Assembly (NCBI GenBank): GCA_038249055.1
Contig: JBBRWS010000004.1
Coordinates: 17,939 to 81,938, forward strand
Length of the DNA stretch: 64,000 bases
Direction of reading: 5' to 3'
From: Minisyncoccia bacterium
Lineage (GTDB): Bacteria; Patescibacteriota; Minisyncoccia; Phycocordibacterales; UBA9973
The stretch's first letter is position 1. Each line of letters opens with the position of its first letter. Of this stretch, positions 49,092 through 59,545 are shown piece after piece. The translations under genes and the position numbers were made by a program. A model generated the notes under the pieces. That model made no database searches, had not been told where the DNA came from, and saw only the letters and a list, made by a program, of their open reading frames with translations.

Positions 49092-49266
49092 GCCATTGAT
49101 CCAGATGACACTGGGGAGGCGAGAGAAGAAAGCCTTTTGGTAAGTAGAACTCTCCGTTAATCTGCGTAAAAGATTACGAATTAAGTTATAAAGTAGGGTG
49201 GCACCGCGAACCAAAAATCGCCCCTGCAAATTTATCAATTAGATAAGTTTGAAGAGGCGATTTTTT
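49092..49266 (+). ncRNA. T-box riboswitch (Asp specifier), transcriptional, ultra-short stem I
   Basis: K-turn stem GCC-AUUGA-UCCAG[AUGACA]CUGGG-GA-GGC; CCGUUA at 49154; T-box AAGUAGGGUGGCACCGCG 49191-49208; antiterminator partner UCGCCCCU; terminator ending GAGGCGAUUUUUU. Confidence 0.85.
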
Positions 49267-49325
49267 GTACCAATAATGATATAATAAATTATTGAAACAT
49301 TTAAACACAACTTCAACATTTTTTT

Positions 49326-50675
49326 ATGAAAGACAGAATTTATATAAAAGAATTAAGTAAACACACTGGCGAAGAAGTTACAATTGCTGGATGGGTGGAT
49401 GTTCGTCGTGACCAGGGAAAAATGATTTTCTTAGATTTTCGTGACATGACAGGAAAAGTACAAGGTGTTATTTTGCCTAACTATATTGAAACTTTAGAAG
49501 TAGGAAAAACTTTACGTAATGAATTTGTTGTTAAAATAAAAGGTAAAGTAAACGAAAGACCCGAAAGAAACAAAAAAGCCGGTATTCTTAATGGGGATAT
49601 CGAACTTGAAATATTGGAAATAATAGTTTTGGCTGAAGCTGCGCCACTTCCTTTTGATATGTCAGTGGATGGATACAACCTAGAACTAAGTACGGAATTA
49701 GATAACAGAGCATTAGTTTTAAGACAACCAAAAGTACAAGCAATATTTAAAGTTAGCGAAACTATAATAGATTCATTTAGAGATTTTATGAAAAGTAATA
49801 TGTTTTTTGAATTTCAAGCACCTTCAATGGTTCCAGCAACTGCTGAAGGAGGAGCGGAGGTTTTTCAAATAGATTATTTTGGGAAAAAAGCGTTTCTATC
49901 TCAATCACCACAACTTTATAAACAAATTGTAATGTCTGCATTTGAAAGATGTTTTTCTGTAAATAAAGTTTTTCGTGCTGAACCATCTTCCACAACAAGA
50001 CATATCACTGAAATAGTTTGTTTAGATGCTGAAATGGGTTTTATAGATTCCTGGACTGATATACGCGATATGGCAGAAGAAACAGTAAGACATATTTTGA
50101 AACAAGTGGAAACAAAAAATGCAGATCATCTCAAAATGTTAAATGTTGAAATGCCAGTTATGATAGACAAAACTCCTACCTATTCACTTCGAGAAGTTCA
50201 ACAAAAGATTTTCGAATACAATGGACGGGACAACAGAGGAGACAAAGACACAAATCCACAAGATGAAAGAGAAATATGTGAAATTGTAAAAAAGGAAACT
50301 GGTTCAGATTTCGTATTTATTTACGGATACCCAACTCGTAAAAAACCTTTTTATGTTTATCCAAATCCAAACGAACCAGAATACAATGAAGGAGTAGACC
50401 TTATTTGTCGTGGAGTAGAATGGCTCTCAGGAGGAAGAAGAATAAATAATTATGACCAACTTATGGAGCATGTAAAGATTTGGGGTATGGATCCTGATAA
50501 AATTAAAATGTTTTTGGAAGCATTTAAATACGGTGTTCCACCTGAAGGAGGATTTGCTTTTGGAGCAGAGCGTATTACTATGCAATTATTGGGCTTAAAA
50601 AACATTCGTGAAGCATGTATGTTTCCAAGAGATATGAATAGAATTGATGAAAGATTAAGTGAAGAAGGTTATTAA
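49326..50675 (+). CDS. aspS: Aspartate--tRNA ligase, non-discriminating archaeal type
   Basis: OB fold, AEGGAEVF, LSQSPQLYKQ, FRAEPS, GVPPEGGFAFGAER, FPRD; 449 aa; gatB in window. Confidence 0.92.
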   Translation: MKDRIYIKELSKHTGEEVTIAGWVDVRRDQGKMIFLDFRDMTGKVQGVILPNYIETLEVGKTLRNEFVVKIKGKVNERPERNKKAGILNGDIELEILEIIVLAEAAPLPFDMSVDGYNLELSTELDNRALVLRQPKVQAIFKVSETIIDSFRDFMKSNMFFEFQAPSMVPATAEGGAEVFQIDYFGKKAFLSQSPQLYKQIVMSAFERCFSVNKVFRAEPSSTTRHITEIVCLDAEMGFIDSWTDIRDMAEETVRHILKQVETKNADHLKMLNVEMPVMIDKTPTYSLREVQQKIFEYNGRDNRGDKDTNPQDEREICEIVKKETGSDFVFIYGYPTRKKPFYVYPNPNEPEYNEGVDLICRGVEWLSGGRRINNYDQLMEHVKIWGMDPDKIKMFLEAFKYGVPPEGGFAFGAERITMQLLGLKNIREACMFPRDMNRIDERLSEEGY

Positions 50676-50688
50676 TTAATATAAACTT

Positions 50689-51141
50689 ATGGATGATTGT
50701 ATATTTTGTAAAATATTAAAAGGTGAAATTCACTCATATAAAATATGGGAGGATGAAAAACATTTAGCCTTTTTAACTATATATCCCAACACTACTGGTG
50801 CTACAGTTGTCATAACAAAAGAACATCACGAAAGTTATGCTTTTGATGCTTCAGACGAAGTATTGTCTAGTTTAATTTTAGCTTCAAAAAAAGTTGCTCT
50901 TCTTCTTGATAAAAAATTTGAAGACGTAGGACGTACAGCTATGGTTTTGGAAGGTTACGGCGTAAATCATTTACATTCAAAACTTTTTCCAATGCATGGA
51001 ACTACAAAAAATGAATGGAGTCATATAGCTTCAAATGTTGACAAATTTTTTGATAAATATGAAGGTTATATTTCATCACATAATTATAAAAGAGCAGATG
51101 ATGAGTGGCTAGTGGAAATAGCGAGGAAAATTAAAGAATAA
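50689..51141 (+). CDS. HIT family hydrolase
   Basis: DCIFCKI, FLTIYP, VNHLHSKL. Confidence 0.9.
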   Translation: MDDCIFCKILKGEIHSYKIWEDEKHLAFLTIYPNTTGATVVITKEHHESYAFDASDEVLSSLILASKKVALLLDKKFEDVGRTAMVLEGYGVNHLHSKLFPMHGTTKNEWSHIASNVDKFFDKYEGYISSHNYKRADDEWLVEIARKIKE

Positions 51142-51143
51142 TA

Positions 51144-51917
51144 ATGCAAGAGACATATTCACCATATCAAATACGACAGGGGACATTTGAGGGGCCTTTA
51201 GAATTACTTCTTTCTCTTATAGAACAAAGAAAGCTTTTTGTTAATGAAATTTCTTTAGCTGAAGTAACCAATGACTATATTTCTTACATAAAATCTTTAT
51301 CTGACGTACCAACAGATAAACATATCGCTGATGTTTCTTATTTTATTTTAATAGCAGCGACCCTAATATTAATTAAATCTAAATCTCTTTTACCCAATTT
51401 ATCTCTTACCGACGATGAAACGGAAAAAATTGTTGATCTTGAAGCACGTTTAAAATTATTTAAAGTTATAAAGGAAGCTAGCATTGAAATAGGAAATAAT
51501 TTTGGTATTAAAATAATTTTTATGCCAAATGAACGTATTTGGAGTGAACCACTTTTCTCTCCTGATGCATTAATTACACAAGATAGCATGTTTGTATCAA
51601 TATCTGAGGTTCTCACTCATATTCCAAAGAGAACTGAAAAACTACCAGAAATAGAGATAAAAAAGATAATAAACATAGATGAAATAATAAATAATTTAAC
51701 AGAAAGAATTCAAGGAGCAATTAATTTATCTTTTAAAAAATTTACCGAGAGTAGCGGAGCTGAAAATCAAGAAGAGGCAAAAGTTCATGTTATTATTTCG
51801 TTCCTTGCTATGTTAGAATTGGTCAGAGAGGGAATAATCGATGTTATACAAAATTCCTCTTTTGGAGACATAGAGATTAACAGACAATTAAATGAAGATG
51901 TCTCACCAAGCATTTAG
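51144..51917 (+). CDS. scpA: Segregation/condensation protein A
   Basis: FEGPLELLLSLI, LIKSKSLLP, FLAMLELV. Confidence 0.95.
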   Translation: MQETYSPYQIRQGTFEGPLELLLSLIEQRKLFVNEISLAEVTNDYISYIKSLSDVPTDKHIADVSYFILIAATLILIKSKSLLPNLSLTDDETEKIVDLEARLKLFKVIKEASIEIGNNFGIKIIFMPNERIWSEPLFSPDALITQDSMFVSISEVLTHIPKRTEKLPEIEIKKIINIDEIINNLTERIQGAINLSFKKFTESSGAENQEEAKVHVIISFLAMLELVREGIIDVIQNSSFGDIEINRQLNEDVSPSI

Positions 51918-51950
51918 TAAAATAATCTACTGAGTATAAAATTAAATTAT

Positions 51951-52496
51951 ATGCAAACAAAATTAGAATCAAAAATTGAAGGCTTACTTTTTTATAAAGG
52001 CGAAGATGTCCAGATTAAAATTTTGGCTCAACTTTTAAAAGTAAGTGAGGAAGAAATAGAAGAAGCCTTAAAAAAATTGGAATCATCGCTCACAGATCGT
52101 GGACTAGTTCTTGTAAGAAAAGATGATTCTGTTGTTCTCGGAATAACAGGTGAACTAAGTCCTCTCATAGAATCTATACGTAAAGATGAAATTACAAAAG
52201 AACTGACCAAATCATCTTTGGAAACTTTATCTATTGTTCTATATAAAAATGGTGTGTCTCGTAGTGAAGTAGATTATATTAGAGGAGTAAATTCAAGTTT
52301 TATTCTTCGCAACTTGCTTGTACGTGGTTTAATAGAAAAAATAATTGACCCGAAAGATAGCAGGAGAGTACTTTATCGACCAACATTTGATACATTATCA
52401 TTTATGGGAGTTTCATCTATAGATCAATTACCTAAATATAATGAGGTGAGAAATCAATTACAAGAAGTAATTAATCAAGAAGCAAAAAATGACTAA
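51951..52496 (+). CDS. scpB: Segregation/condensation protein B
   Basis: IEGLLF, LETLSIVLY, IRGVNS, LLVRGLI. Confidence 0.95.
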   Translation: MQTKLESKIEGLLFYKGEDVQIKILAQLLKVSEEEIEEALKKLESSLTDRGLVLVRKDDSVVLGITGELSPLIESIRKDEITKELTKSSLETLSIVLYKNGVSRSEVDYIRGVNSSFILRNLLVRGLIEKIIDPKDSRRVLYRPTFDTLSFMGVSSIDQLPKYNEVRNQLQEVINQEAKND

Positions 52497-53547
52497 TGCT
52501 TTAAAAATTTTTATCCCAGCAACAATAAGTTTTATTATTGGGATACTTCTGACTCCGATCGCAACACACTATTTTTTTAAATATAAAATGTGGAGACGAA
52601 CTTCAAGGAATGATAATATCGCTTCAGCAAATTTAACTGGATTTGCTAAAATTCACGATGAGCATGCAGAAGTATCAACTCCTCGTACCGGCGGAATGAT
52701 AATATGGATAGCAGTTATTTTAACCATTGCTATTATATGGTTCATTGATTTAATTTTTCAAAATAGTTTAAGTAATAAATTATATTTTATAAGTCGAAAT
52801 CAAACATTGCTACCATTTTTTGCTTTAATAATTGCTTCATTGGTTGGTCTTGGAGATGATTTCTTACAAATTTTTGGTCGTGGTAAATGGACTACAGACC
52901 CAATAATTTTACGATATATAAAAATAGGAATTATTTTACTATTAGGAACTGTAATTTCTTTTTGGTTTTATTTTAAACTAGGAGTAACTGATATTTATAT
53001 TCCTTGGTATGGATTTGTCTATTTGGGTTATTTTTTTATTCCGTTCTTTATACTTGTAATGCTTTCACTTTGGTCTTCAAGTGTGATAGACGGTATTGAC
53101 GGTCTTTCGGGAGGAGTTATGGCTTCTATTTTTATGGCTTATACATTGATTTCTTTTTTTAATAATCAATTAGATATTGCTGCCTTTTGCGCTGTAATAA
53201 CTGGAGGTATAATGGCATTTTTATGGTTTAATATTCCTCCAGCTCGTTTCTATATGGGTGAAACTGGGATGATAGGTCTTACTGTGACTCTTTCTGTTAT
53301 CTCTTTTATGACGGATACTGTTCTACTTCTTCCTATTATCGCATTTCCACTTTTCATAACATCTCTGTCTAATATAATACAAATGTTATCTAGAAAATTT
53401 AGAAATGGTAAAAAAGTATTTTTATTTGCACCACTTCATCATCATTTTGAAGCATTAGGATGGCCAAAATACAAAGTTACAATGAGATATTGGATCGTAG
53501 GTATTATGACATCAATAATTGGAGTAATTATTTCATTAATTAATTAA
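52489..53547 (+). CDS. mraY: Phospho-N-acetylmuramoyl-pentapeptide transferase
   Basis: TPRTGG, GLGDD, DGIDGL, FNIPPARFYMGETG, APLHHHFE. Confidence 0.93.
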   Translation: MTNALKIFIPATISFIIGILLTPIATHYFFKYKMWRRTSRNDNIASANLTGFAKIHDEHAEVSTPRTGGMIIWIAVILTIAIIWFIDLIFQNSLSNKLYFISRNQTLLPFFALIIASLVGLGDDFLQIFGRGKWTTDPIILRYIKIGIILLLGTVISFWFYFKLGVTDIYIPWYGFVYLGYFFIPFFILVMLSLWSSSVIDGIDGLSGGVMASIFMAYTLISFFNNQLDIAAFCAVITGGIMAFLWFNIPPARFYMGETGMIGLTVTLSVISFMTDTVLLLPIIAFPLFITSLSNIIQMLSRKFRNGKKVFLFAPLHHHFEALGWPKYKVTMRYWIVGIMTSIIGVIISLIN

Positions 53548-53625
53548 GATTATTAATACAGTTAGATAGGTGCCTATTATTATTTAAAGACAATTACTAA
53601 TATCTATGATTCGAAATTTGACTAG

Positions 53626-54741
53626 ATGAAAAAATACAGTATTGATAAAATTTTTTTGGGGATAGTTATAGCTCTTGTAGTTATTGGATTAATTACATTT
53701 ACTTCCGCTTCATTAGGAATACTTGCAAAAAATGAAACCAAATTCTACGGTGTTATTTTCGGACAATTTGTATTTGGTTTTTTGGGTGGCATAATAGCAT
53801 TATTTATTGGTCTTAAAATTCCTCTGAAATTATTAAAACAATATTCTTTAATATTATTTATTATATCTATTATATTAACAGGGTTAGTCTTCATCCCTGG
53901 AATAGGACAGTCTCACGGAGGAGCTCGTAGATGGGTAGATATTTTAGGTTATTCTTTTCAACCTGTTGAATTTTTAAAAATAGGATTTATTATTTATTTT
54001 GCAGCTTGGCTTTCTTGGGTAAAAGGAAAAGTAAAAGATCCACTTTTTAGTATTTTACCTCTTATTATATTTTTAGGAATTATTGCAACTGTTCTACTCA
54101 AGCAACCAGATACAAAGAGTTTAATTCTTATTACTATTACAGCTCTAATAATGTTATTTGTTTCTGGAACTCCTATAAAATATATTCTAGGATTTTTTGG
54201 AATAGCAATAATAGCATTCGCAATTTTAGTATCATTCCAACCGTATTTAAAAGAAAGAGTTAATACTTTTCTAAATCCTAGTGAAAATAGCCAAGGATCA
54301 TCGTATCAGCTACAACAATCATTAATAGCTGTTGGGTCAGGTGGAATATTTGGTAGAGGTCTTGGTCAAAGTATTCAAAAATTTAACTACCTTCCTGAAC
54401 CTCAAGGTGATTCTATCTTTGCTGTTATAGGAGAAGAATTAGGATTTGTAGGGTGCACCGTATTAATTTTATTATATATCTCTTTTGCTATGAGAGGATT
54501 TAGAATTGCAATCAGAAATGCACCTGATTCATTCAGTAAACTTGTTGTAATAGGATTTATTACTATTATTACAGCTCAGTCATTCATGAATATAGCTTCT
54601 ATAATAGGAGTTTTTCCTTTAACTGGAGTTCCTCTTGTATTCATTTCACATGGTGGAACTGCACTATTGTTATCTTTAGGAATGATGGGAATCATTCTAA
54701 ATATTTCTCGTTTTCAAAGTAAACTAGCAATAGATAAATAA
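53626..54741 (+). CDS. ftsW: SEDS protein FtsW
   Basis: GARRW, FQPVEFLK, QPD, YLPEPQGDSIFAVIGEELG, PLVFISHGG. Confidence 0.92.
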   Translation: MKKYSIDKIFLGIVIALVVIGLITFTSASLGILAKNETKFYGVIFGQFVFGFLGGIIALFIGLKIPLKLLKQYSLILFIISIILTGLVFIPGIGQSHGGARRWVDILGYSFQPVEFLKIGFIIYFAAWLSWVKGKVKDPLFSILPLIIFLGIIATVLLKQPDTKSLILITITALIMLFVSGTPIKYILGFFGIAIIAFAILVSFQPYLKERVNTFLNPSENSQGSSYQLQQSLIAVGSGGIFGRGLGQSIQKFNYLPEPQGDSIFAVIGEELGFVGCTVLILLYISFAMRGFRIAIRNAPDSFSKLVVIGFITIITAQSFMNIASIIGVFPLTGVPLVFISHGGTALLLSLGMMGIILNISRFQSKLAIDK

Positions 54742-54863
54742 AAACAATCATTAGACTAGTTTTTAAATACCAATATAGAACATTAAATTAGATTGACAAT
54801 CTATGTATATTGTTGTAATATATAAGAAAATTCTTTAAAAAATTCAACTAAAAAATTATAAAA

Positions 54864-55313
54864 ATGAGAACATTTAACTCTAATTATTTATTTTTACCTT
54901 CTTGGTTTCAACACCTAAAAGAAATTGAAGTAATAAATTTAAAGGTGGGCAATCTAATTACTCTTGAAACAGTTGATGCATGCAAGACTTCATTAATAAA
55001 AAAAGAAATTCTTTACAAGGTTACTAAAATTGAAGAAGTTTCTGAACATTTAGTAATTTCTTTTAATTTTTATGGAATTTTGGAATGGAAAATGGTTTCA
55101 ATGTTTATTAAAAAATTATTTTTTGGAACTTTTCCATATTCGTATGGACCAAAAACTGACGTTGTGATTTCATTTTGCCAAGATTCTCCTGACTGGAATT
55201 CAAAAACTGTTGAACTTTACAAAAAATCTGACAAGATAAAACAAATTAATAAATTTATGCAAATAAACAACATTCTTTTGATTAGAAAACAAGTTACAAA
55301 AGCCAGCAATTAA
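54864..55313 (+). CDS. Hypothetical protein
   Basis: 149-aa ORF between ftsW and murG with own TTGACA promoter-like sequence and terminator. Confidence 0.55.
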   Translation: MRTFNSNYLFLPSWFQHLKEIEVINLKVGNLITLETVDACKTSLIKKEILYKVTKIEEVSEHLVISFNFYGILEWKMVSMFIKKLFFGTFPYSYGPKTDVVISFCQDSPDWNSKTVELYKKSDKIKQINKFMQINNILLIRKQVTKASN

Positions 55314-55416
55314 TCATTGTTAGTTATTTAATCAAAAAAAACCTATATGCTCCCATGCATATAGGTTTTTTTACTAGAAATATATGTACAAATACGTTAT
55401 AATTAACTCATATGAA

Positions 55417-55535
55417 TCCCGTTAGAGATGTGCTTGTTATGGTATACGGGATAGATATAAATATCGATAAGGTTTATATTATTATAATTAATTTATAAGG
55501 TACGGAAGTCTAATGACTTCCTATCTCAAACAGGG
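55417..55535 (+). mobile_element. 119-bp MITE-like element at murG start codon
   Basis: ATGAA-TCCCGTTAGAGAT...ATCTCAAACAGGG-ATGAA; similar termini to the dnaB element. Confidence 0.65.
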
Positions 55536-56666
55536 ATGAAAATATTACTTACAGGAGGTGGTACAGGGGGGCATTTTTATCCTCTGATAGCAATAGCTGA
55601 AAAACTTGTTGAAGTTGCAGATAAACAAAAGATTATTGATCTTAAACTTTATTACATGTCCGATAAACCATATGATAAACGTATACTTTTTGAAAATAAG
55701 ATAACATTTGTTCAAATACCTTCAGGTAAGATGCGTACTTATTTTTCTATCCAGAATTTTTTTGATATTTTTAAGACTATTACTGGAGCTTTTTTTGGTC
55801 TTCTTAGTATGTATTTTATTTATCCAGATGTTGTTATATCAAAAGGTGGGTATGCAGCATTTCCAGCTGTTTTAGCTGCTAAATTATTAAGAATCCCTGT
55901 AATAGTTCATGAATCTGATTCATATCCAGGAAGATTAAATATTTGGACTGCAAAATTTGCATTACATGTTGCAATCTCTTGGCCAGAAGCTTCAGAATAT
56001 TTACCTGAATCAAAAACTGCTCTAACCGGCCAACCTATTCGTAGGGAAATTTTACATGGTGATCCAAACGGAGCACATGATTTCTTTAAACTTAGCCCTG
56101 ACCTTCCCACTATACTTATTTTAGGTGGTTCTCAAGGTGCACAAACAATAAATGATATCGTTGTAGATACATTACCCGAACTTCTTTCTAGGTATCAAAT
56201 TATTCATCAAACGGGGATTAAAAATATTGAAGAAGTTAAATCACGTTCTAATTTACTTTTGGATAAAAATCCCAACATATCAAGATATGTACCAATCCCA
56301 TATTTAAATAATCTGGCCACAAGAATGGCAGCGGGCTGTTCAAATCTTGTAGTTTCTCGTGCTGGTTCAGCTATTTTTGAAATTGCATCATGGGGTATTC
56401 CATCAATAATTATACCTATTACCAATTCTAATGGTGATCACCAAAGAAAAAATGCATATAATTATGCAAGAAGCGGTTCATGTGAAGTGATAGAAGAGGG
56501 TAATTTAACTTCACATTTATTTGTTTCAGAAGTAGATAAATTATTTTCATTACCACAAAAACTTACCAAAATGAAAGAAAATGCTTTAGCATTTTCTTCA
56601 CCACTTGCAGCTGAAAAAATAGCTCAATCTGCAATAAATTTAGCTTTAACACATTACCAACAATAA
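55536..56666 (+). CDS. murG: UDP-GlcNAc:lipid I GlcNAc transferase MurG
   Basis: TGGGTGGH, KGGY, HESD, GGSQGA, SRAGS, HQRKNA. Confidence 0.96.
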   Translation: MKILLTGGGTGGHFYPLIAIAEKLVEVADKQKIIDLKLYYMSDKPYDKRILFENKITFVQIPSGKMRTYFSIQNFFDIFKTITGAFFGLLSMYFIYPDVVISKGGYAAFPAVLAAKLLRIPVIVHESDSYPGRLNIWTAKFALHVAISWPEASEYLPESKTALTGQPIRREILHGDPNGAHDFFKLSPDLPTILILGGSQGAQTINDIVVDTLPELLSRYQIIHQTGIKNIEEVKSRSNLLLDKNPNISRYVPIPYLNNLATRMAAGCSNLVVSRAGSAIFEIASWGIPSIIIPITNSNGDHQRKNAYNYARSGSCEVIEEGNLTSHLFVSEVDKLFSLPQKLTKMKENALAFSSPLAAEKIAQSAINLALTHYQQ

Positions 56667-56720
56667 TCCTTGCAATGTATTAAATTAGACAAAAGTATTA
56701 ATAAATAGTATAGATTAAAT

Positions 56721-58214
56721 ATGATAGATAATAGTAAAAATTCTAATAAAAAAGTTGTTACTCGTTTTGCGCCCTCTCCAACAGGATTTGTTCATGTTGG
56801 TAACATACGCACGGCACTTTATGCTTGGGCCTTTGCAAAGAAAAATAATGGTACTTTTATTTTAAGAATAGAAGATACAGATAAGTCTAGAGAGGTAGAA
56901 GGTTCTATTGGTCATGTTATGGCCTCTTTAAAATGGCTTGGAATAGAATGGAACGAAGGACCAGATATTGGTGGACCAAATGCTCCATATAAACAATCAG
57001 AAAGATTAGATTCATATAAAAAATATGCAAAAATTTTAGTAGAGAAAGGTCTAGCTTATGCTGATCCGTACACAGAAGAAGAAGTAGAAATATTTAGAAA
57101 AAAAGCAGACGAAGAAAAAAGACCATTCTTATATAGAGATCATAGACCTGACAATCCACCAATTTGGGATGGAACTCAACCTCTACGTTTCAAAGTTCCA
57201 ATAATAAAGAGTTATGAATGGGAAGACTTAGTTAGAGGGCATTTAAAAGCTGGGCCTGAAGCCTTGGATGATTTTATTTTAATTAAAGGTGATGGATATC
57301 CAACATACAACTTTGCTCATATTATAGATGACCTAGAAATGGGAGTTACTCATATAATGCGTGGGGATGAATTTATATCATCAACTCCAAAGTTTTTATC
57401 AATATATGACGCACTTGAGATAAAAAGACCCGAGTTCGTTATGTTACCTCCAATAATGGGCTCTGAAGGTAAAAAAAAATTAGGCAAAAGAGATGGGGCT
57501 AAAGATTTCTTGGAATACGAAAAAGAGGGTTATTTACCAGATGCTATGATAAATTTCTTAGCTTTTATAGGATGGAATCATGGCGATGAAAAAGAAATTC
57601 TAACCCCGGATGAATTTATAAATCTATTTGATATAAAACAAATTCATATTAGTGGTGGTCAATTTAATGAAGAAAAATTAGATTGGATAAATCATGAACA
57701 TCTAAAATTACTAACACTTGAAAAACAAGAAGAATATATATCAAAATATATCCCTGATAATATTAAAAGTCTACCTAATTATTCAAGAGATATTTTACAC
57801 AACATCACCCCTATAGTTATAGAAAGGATTAAAAATGGAAAAGAAATATTAGAAATGGCAAATAATGGTGACCTAACTTATTTCTTTAGCGAGCCAACTT
57901 ATTCAAAAGATTCTTTATTTTTTAAATCATCAAAAATACCAGAGGATAATAAATACGAAATACTTTCGTCATATATTACAAACTTCATTTCTTTATTGGA
58001 TGAAATTTCAGATTCTGATTTTAATAAAGAAAATATTAAAAATAAAATTTGGGCATATGCAGAGGAGGTTGGACGAGGTGATATTCTTTGGCCAATGCGT
58101 TTTGCATTATCAGGAGTAGATAAATCACCTGACCCTTTTGTTTTAGCTTCTATTCTTGGTAAAAATGAAACTATCAGTCGCTTAAAAAATGCGATAAAAA
58201 TACTTAAAATATAG
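56721..58214 (+). CDS. gltX: Glutamate--tRNA ligase
   Basis: RFAPSPTGFVHVG, LRIEDTD, PTYNFA, KLGKRDG. Confidence 0.97.
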   Translation: MIDNSKNSNKKVVTRFAPSPTGFVHVGNIRTALYAWAFAKKNNGTFILRIEDTDKSREVEGSIGHVMASLKWLGIEWNEGPDIGGPNAPYKQSERLDSYKKYAKILVEKGLAYADPYTEEEVEIFRKKADEEKRPFLYRDHRPDNPPIWDGTQPLRFKVPIIKSYEWEDLVRGHLKAGPEALDDFILIKGDGYPTYNFAHIIDDLEMGVTHIMRGDEFISSTPKFLSIYDALEIKRPEFVMLPPIMGSEGKKKLGKRDGAKDFLEYEKEGYLPDAMINFLAFIGWNHGDEKEILTPDEFINLFDIKQIHISGGQFNEEKLDWINHEHLKLLTLEKQEEYISKYIPDNIKSLPNYSRDILHNITPIVIERIKNGKEILEMANNGDLTYFFSEPTYSKDSLFFKSSKIPEDNKYEILSSYITNFISLLDEISDSDFNKENIKNKIWAYAEEVGRGDILWPMRFALSGVDKSPDPFVLASILGKNETISRLKNAIKILKI

Positions 58215-58231
58215 TATAATGTAAAGAGTTA

Positions 58232-59506
58232 ATGAAAAAATTAATACTTTATATACTAATAATAGCTATTTATGCATCGATATTTCCATATCAGGTGCTT
58301 GCTTTGACTGCAACTGAAGTACGCAATCAAATAGAAGAAGCTAATAAGCAAATAGAAGCACTTGATAAAGAGATTAAGCAATATCAATCACAAATAACAC
58401 AAACAAGTTCTCAAAAAAATACTTTGTCTAATTTAATAAAAGAACTTACTTTAACAAGAAGCAAATTAATTAAAGAGAAAGAACAAATACAAAAAAAAAT
58501 TACAGCTACTGGTTTAATAATTAAAGATATTTCCGGTGATATAACTGAAAAAGAAAAATCTATAAATATATCTAAAGAATCATTGGCTCAAATGATAAAT
58601 AGTTTAAATCAAAATGATAATGTACCAATAGTAGAAAGATTGCTTTCAGTAAATGATTTTACTGATTTTAGTAGAGAATATAACAATATTATTACTTTAA
58701 ATGAAAAAATCAGGGAAAATATAGTAAATGTATCTTTAAAAAAGAAAGAGCTTTTAACTTCAAAAGTTCAAAAAGAAGGCGAGCAACAAAATTTAAACTC
58801 ACTTAAAAGCAATCTACTGCAAAAAGAACAAATAGTAGCAATTGCAAAAAAAGAAAAAGATTCTTTGTTGAGTCAAACAAAGAACAAAGAAGCTGAATAC
58901 CAGAAACTCCTAGCGGAAAAAATTAAGATTCGAGATGCTTTTGATAAAGCATTAGAAGATTATGAAGCTCAACTGTATTTTATTTTAAACCCAAAACTTA
59001 TACCAAAAGAAGGTTCGGGTGTATTATCTTGGCCTCTAAAATATATACTGATAACTTCTCAATATGGTGCTAGGTGGGGTAAATTTCATTATGGATTAGA
59101 TTTTAGAGCAGCAGTCGGAACACAAGTTACCGCTATGGCAACCGGAGTTGTAGAGGGCACAGGAGATACAGACATTGCTTGTAAGGGTGCCTCTTTTGGA
59201 AAATGGGTGTTTATAAAATACAATAATGGATTATCAAGTACCTATGGCCATTTATCTGTAATAACAGCTAAGGTTGGACAAAGTGTTAAAGCAGGAGATA
59301 CAGTTGGGCTTTCTGGAAATACAGGCTCATCAACAGGCCCACACTTACACGTAGCAGTTTACGCTTCAGATGGAGTAAAAGTAGATACAGTTCCAAGTAA
59401 AAGTTGTAATGGTAAAATATTTACCCAACCAATAGCAGCACTAAGTGCATATTTAAATCCTGGATCATATTTACCTAAAATAACCCCATTGATGGTTAAA
59501 AAATAA
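58232..59506 (+). CDS. Coiled-coil M23 peptidase (EnvC/MepM-like)
   Basis: Signal peptide, long coiled coil, HYGLD, YGHLS, GSSTGPHLH. Confidence 0.9.
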   Translation: MKKLILYILIIAIYASIFPYQVLALTATEVRNQIEEANKQIEALDKEIKQYQSQITQTSSQKNTLSNLIKELTLTRSKLIKEKEQIQKKITATGLIIKDISGDITEKEKSINISKESLAQMINSLNQNDNVPIVERLLSVNDFTDFSREYNNIITLNEKIRENIVNVSLKKKELLTSKVQKEGEQQNLNSLKSNLLQKEQIVAIAKKEKDSLLSQTKNKEAEYQKLLAEKIKIRDAFDKALEDYEAQLYFILNPKLIPKEGSGVLSWPLKYILITSQYGARWGKFHYGLDFRAAVGTQVTAMATGVVEGTGDTDIACKGASFGKWVFIKYNNGLSSTYGHLSVITAKVGQSVKAGDTVGLSGNTGSSTGPHLHVAVYASDGVKVDTVPSKSCNGKIFTQPIAALSAYLNPGSYLPKITPLMVKK

Positions 59507-59545
59507 CATTTTTTATTTTTAGTGTGGTATAATAAAATCACATAC

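Noticed and set aside
49047-49238. 63-aa minus-strand ORF
   Set aside because: Antisense to the T-box leader; no coding signature
55495-55525. Fluoride riboswitch-like CTAATGACTTCCTA
   Set aside because: The 5' GGCGATGG-type pseudoknot partner is missing; the sequence is a simple hairpin inside the murG element
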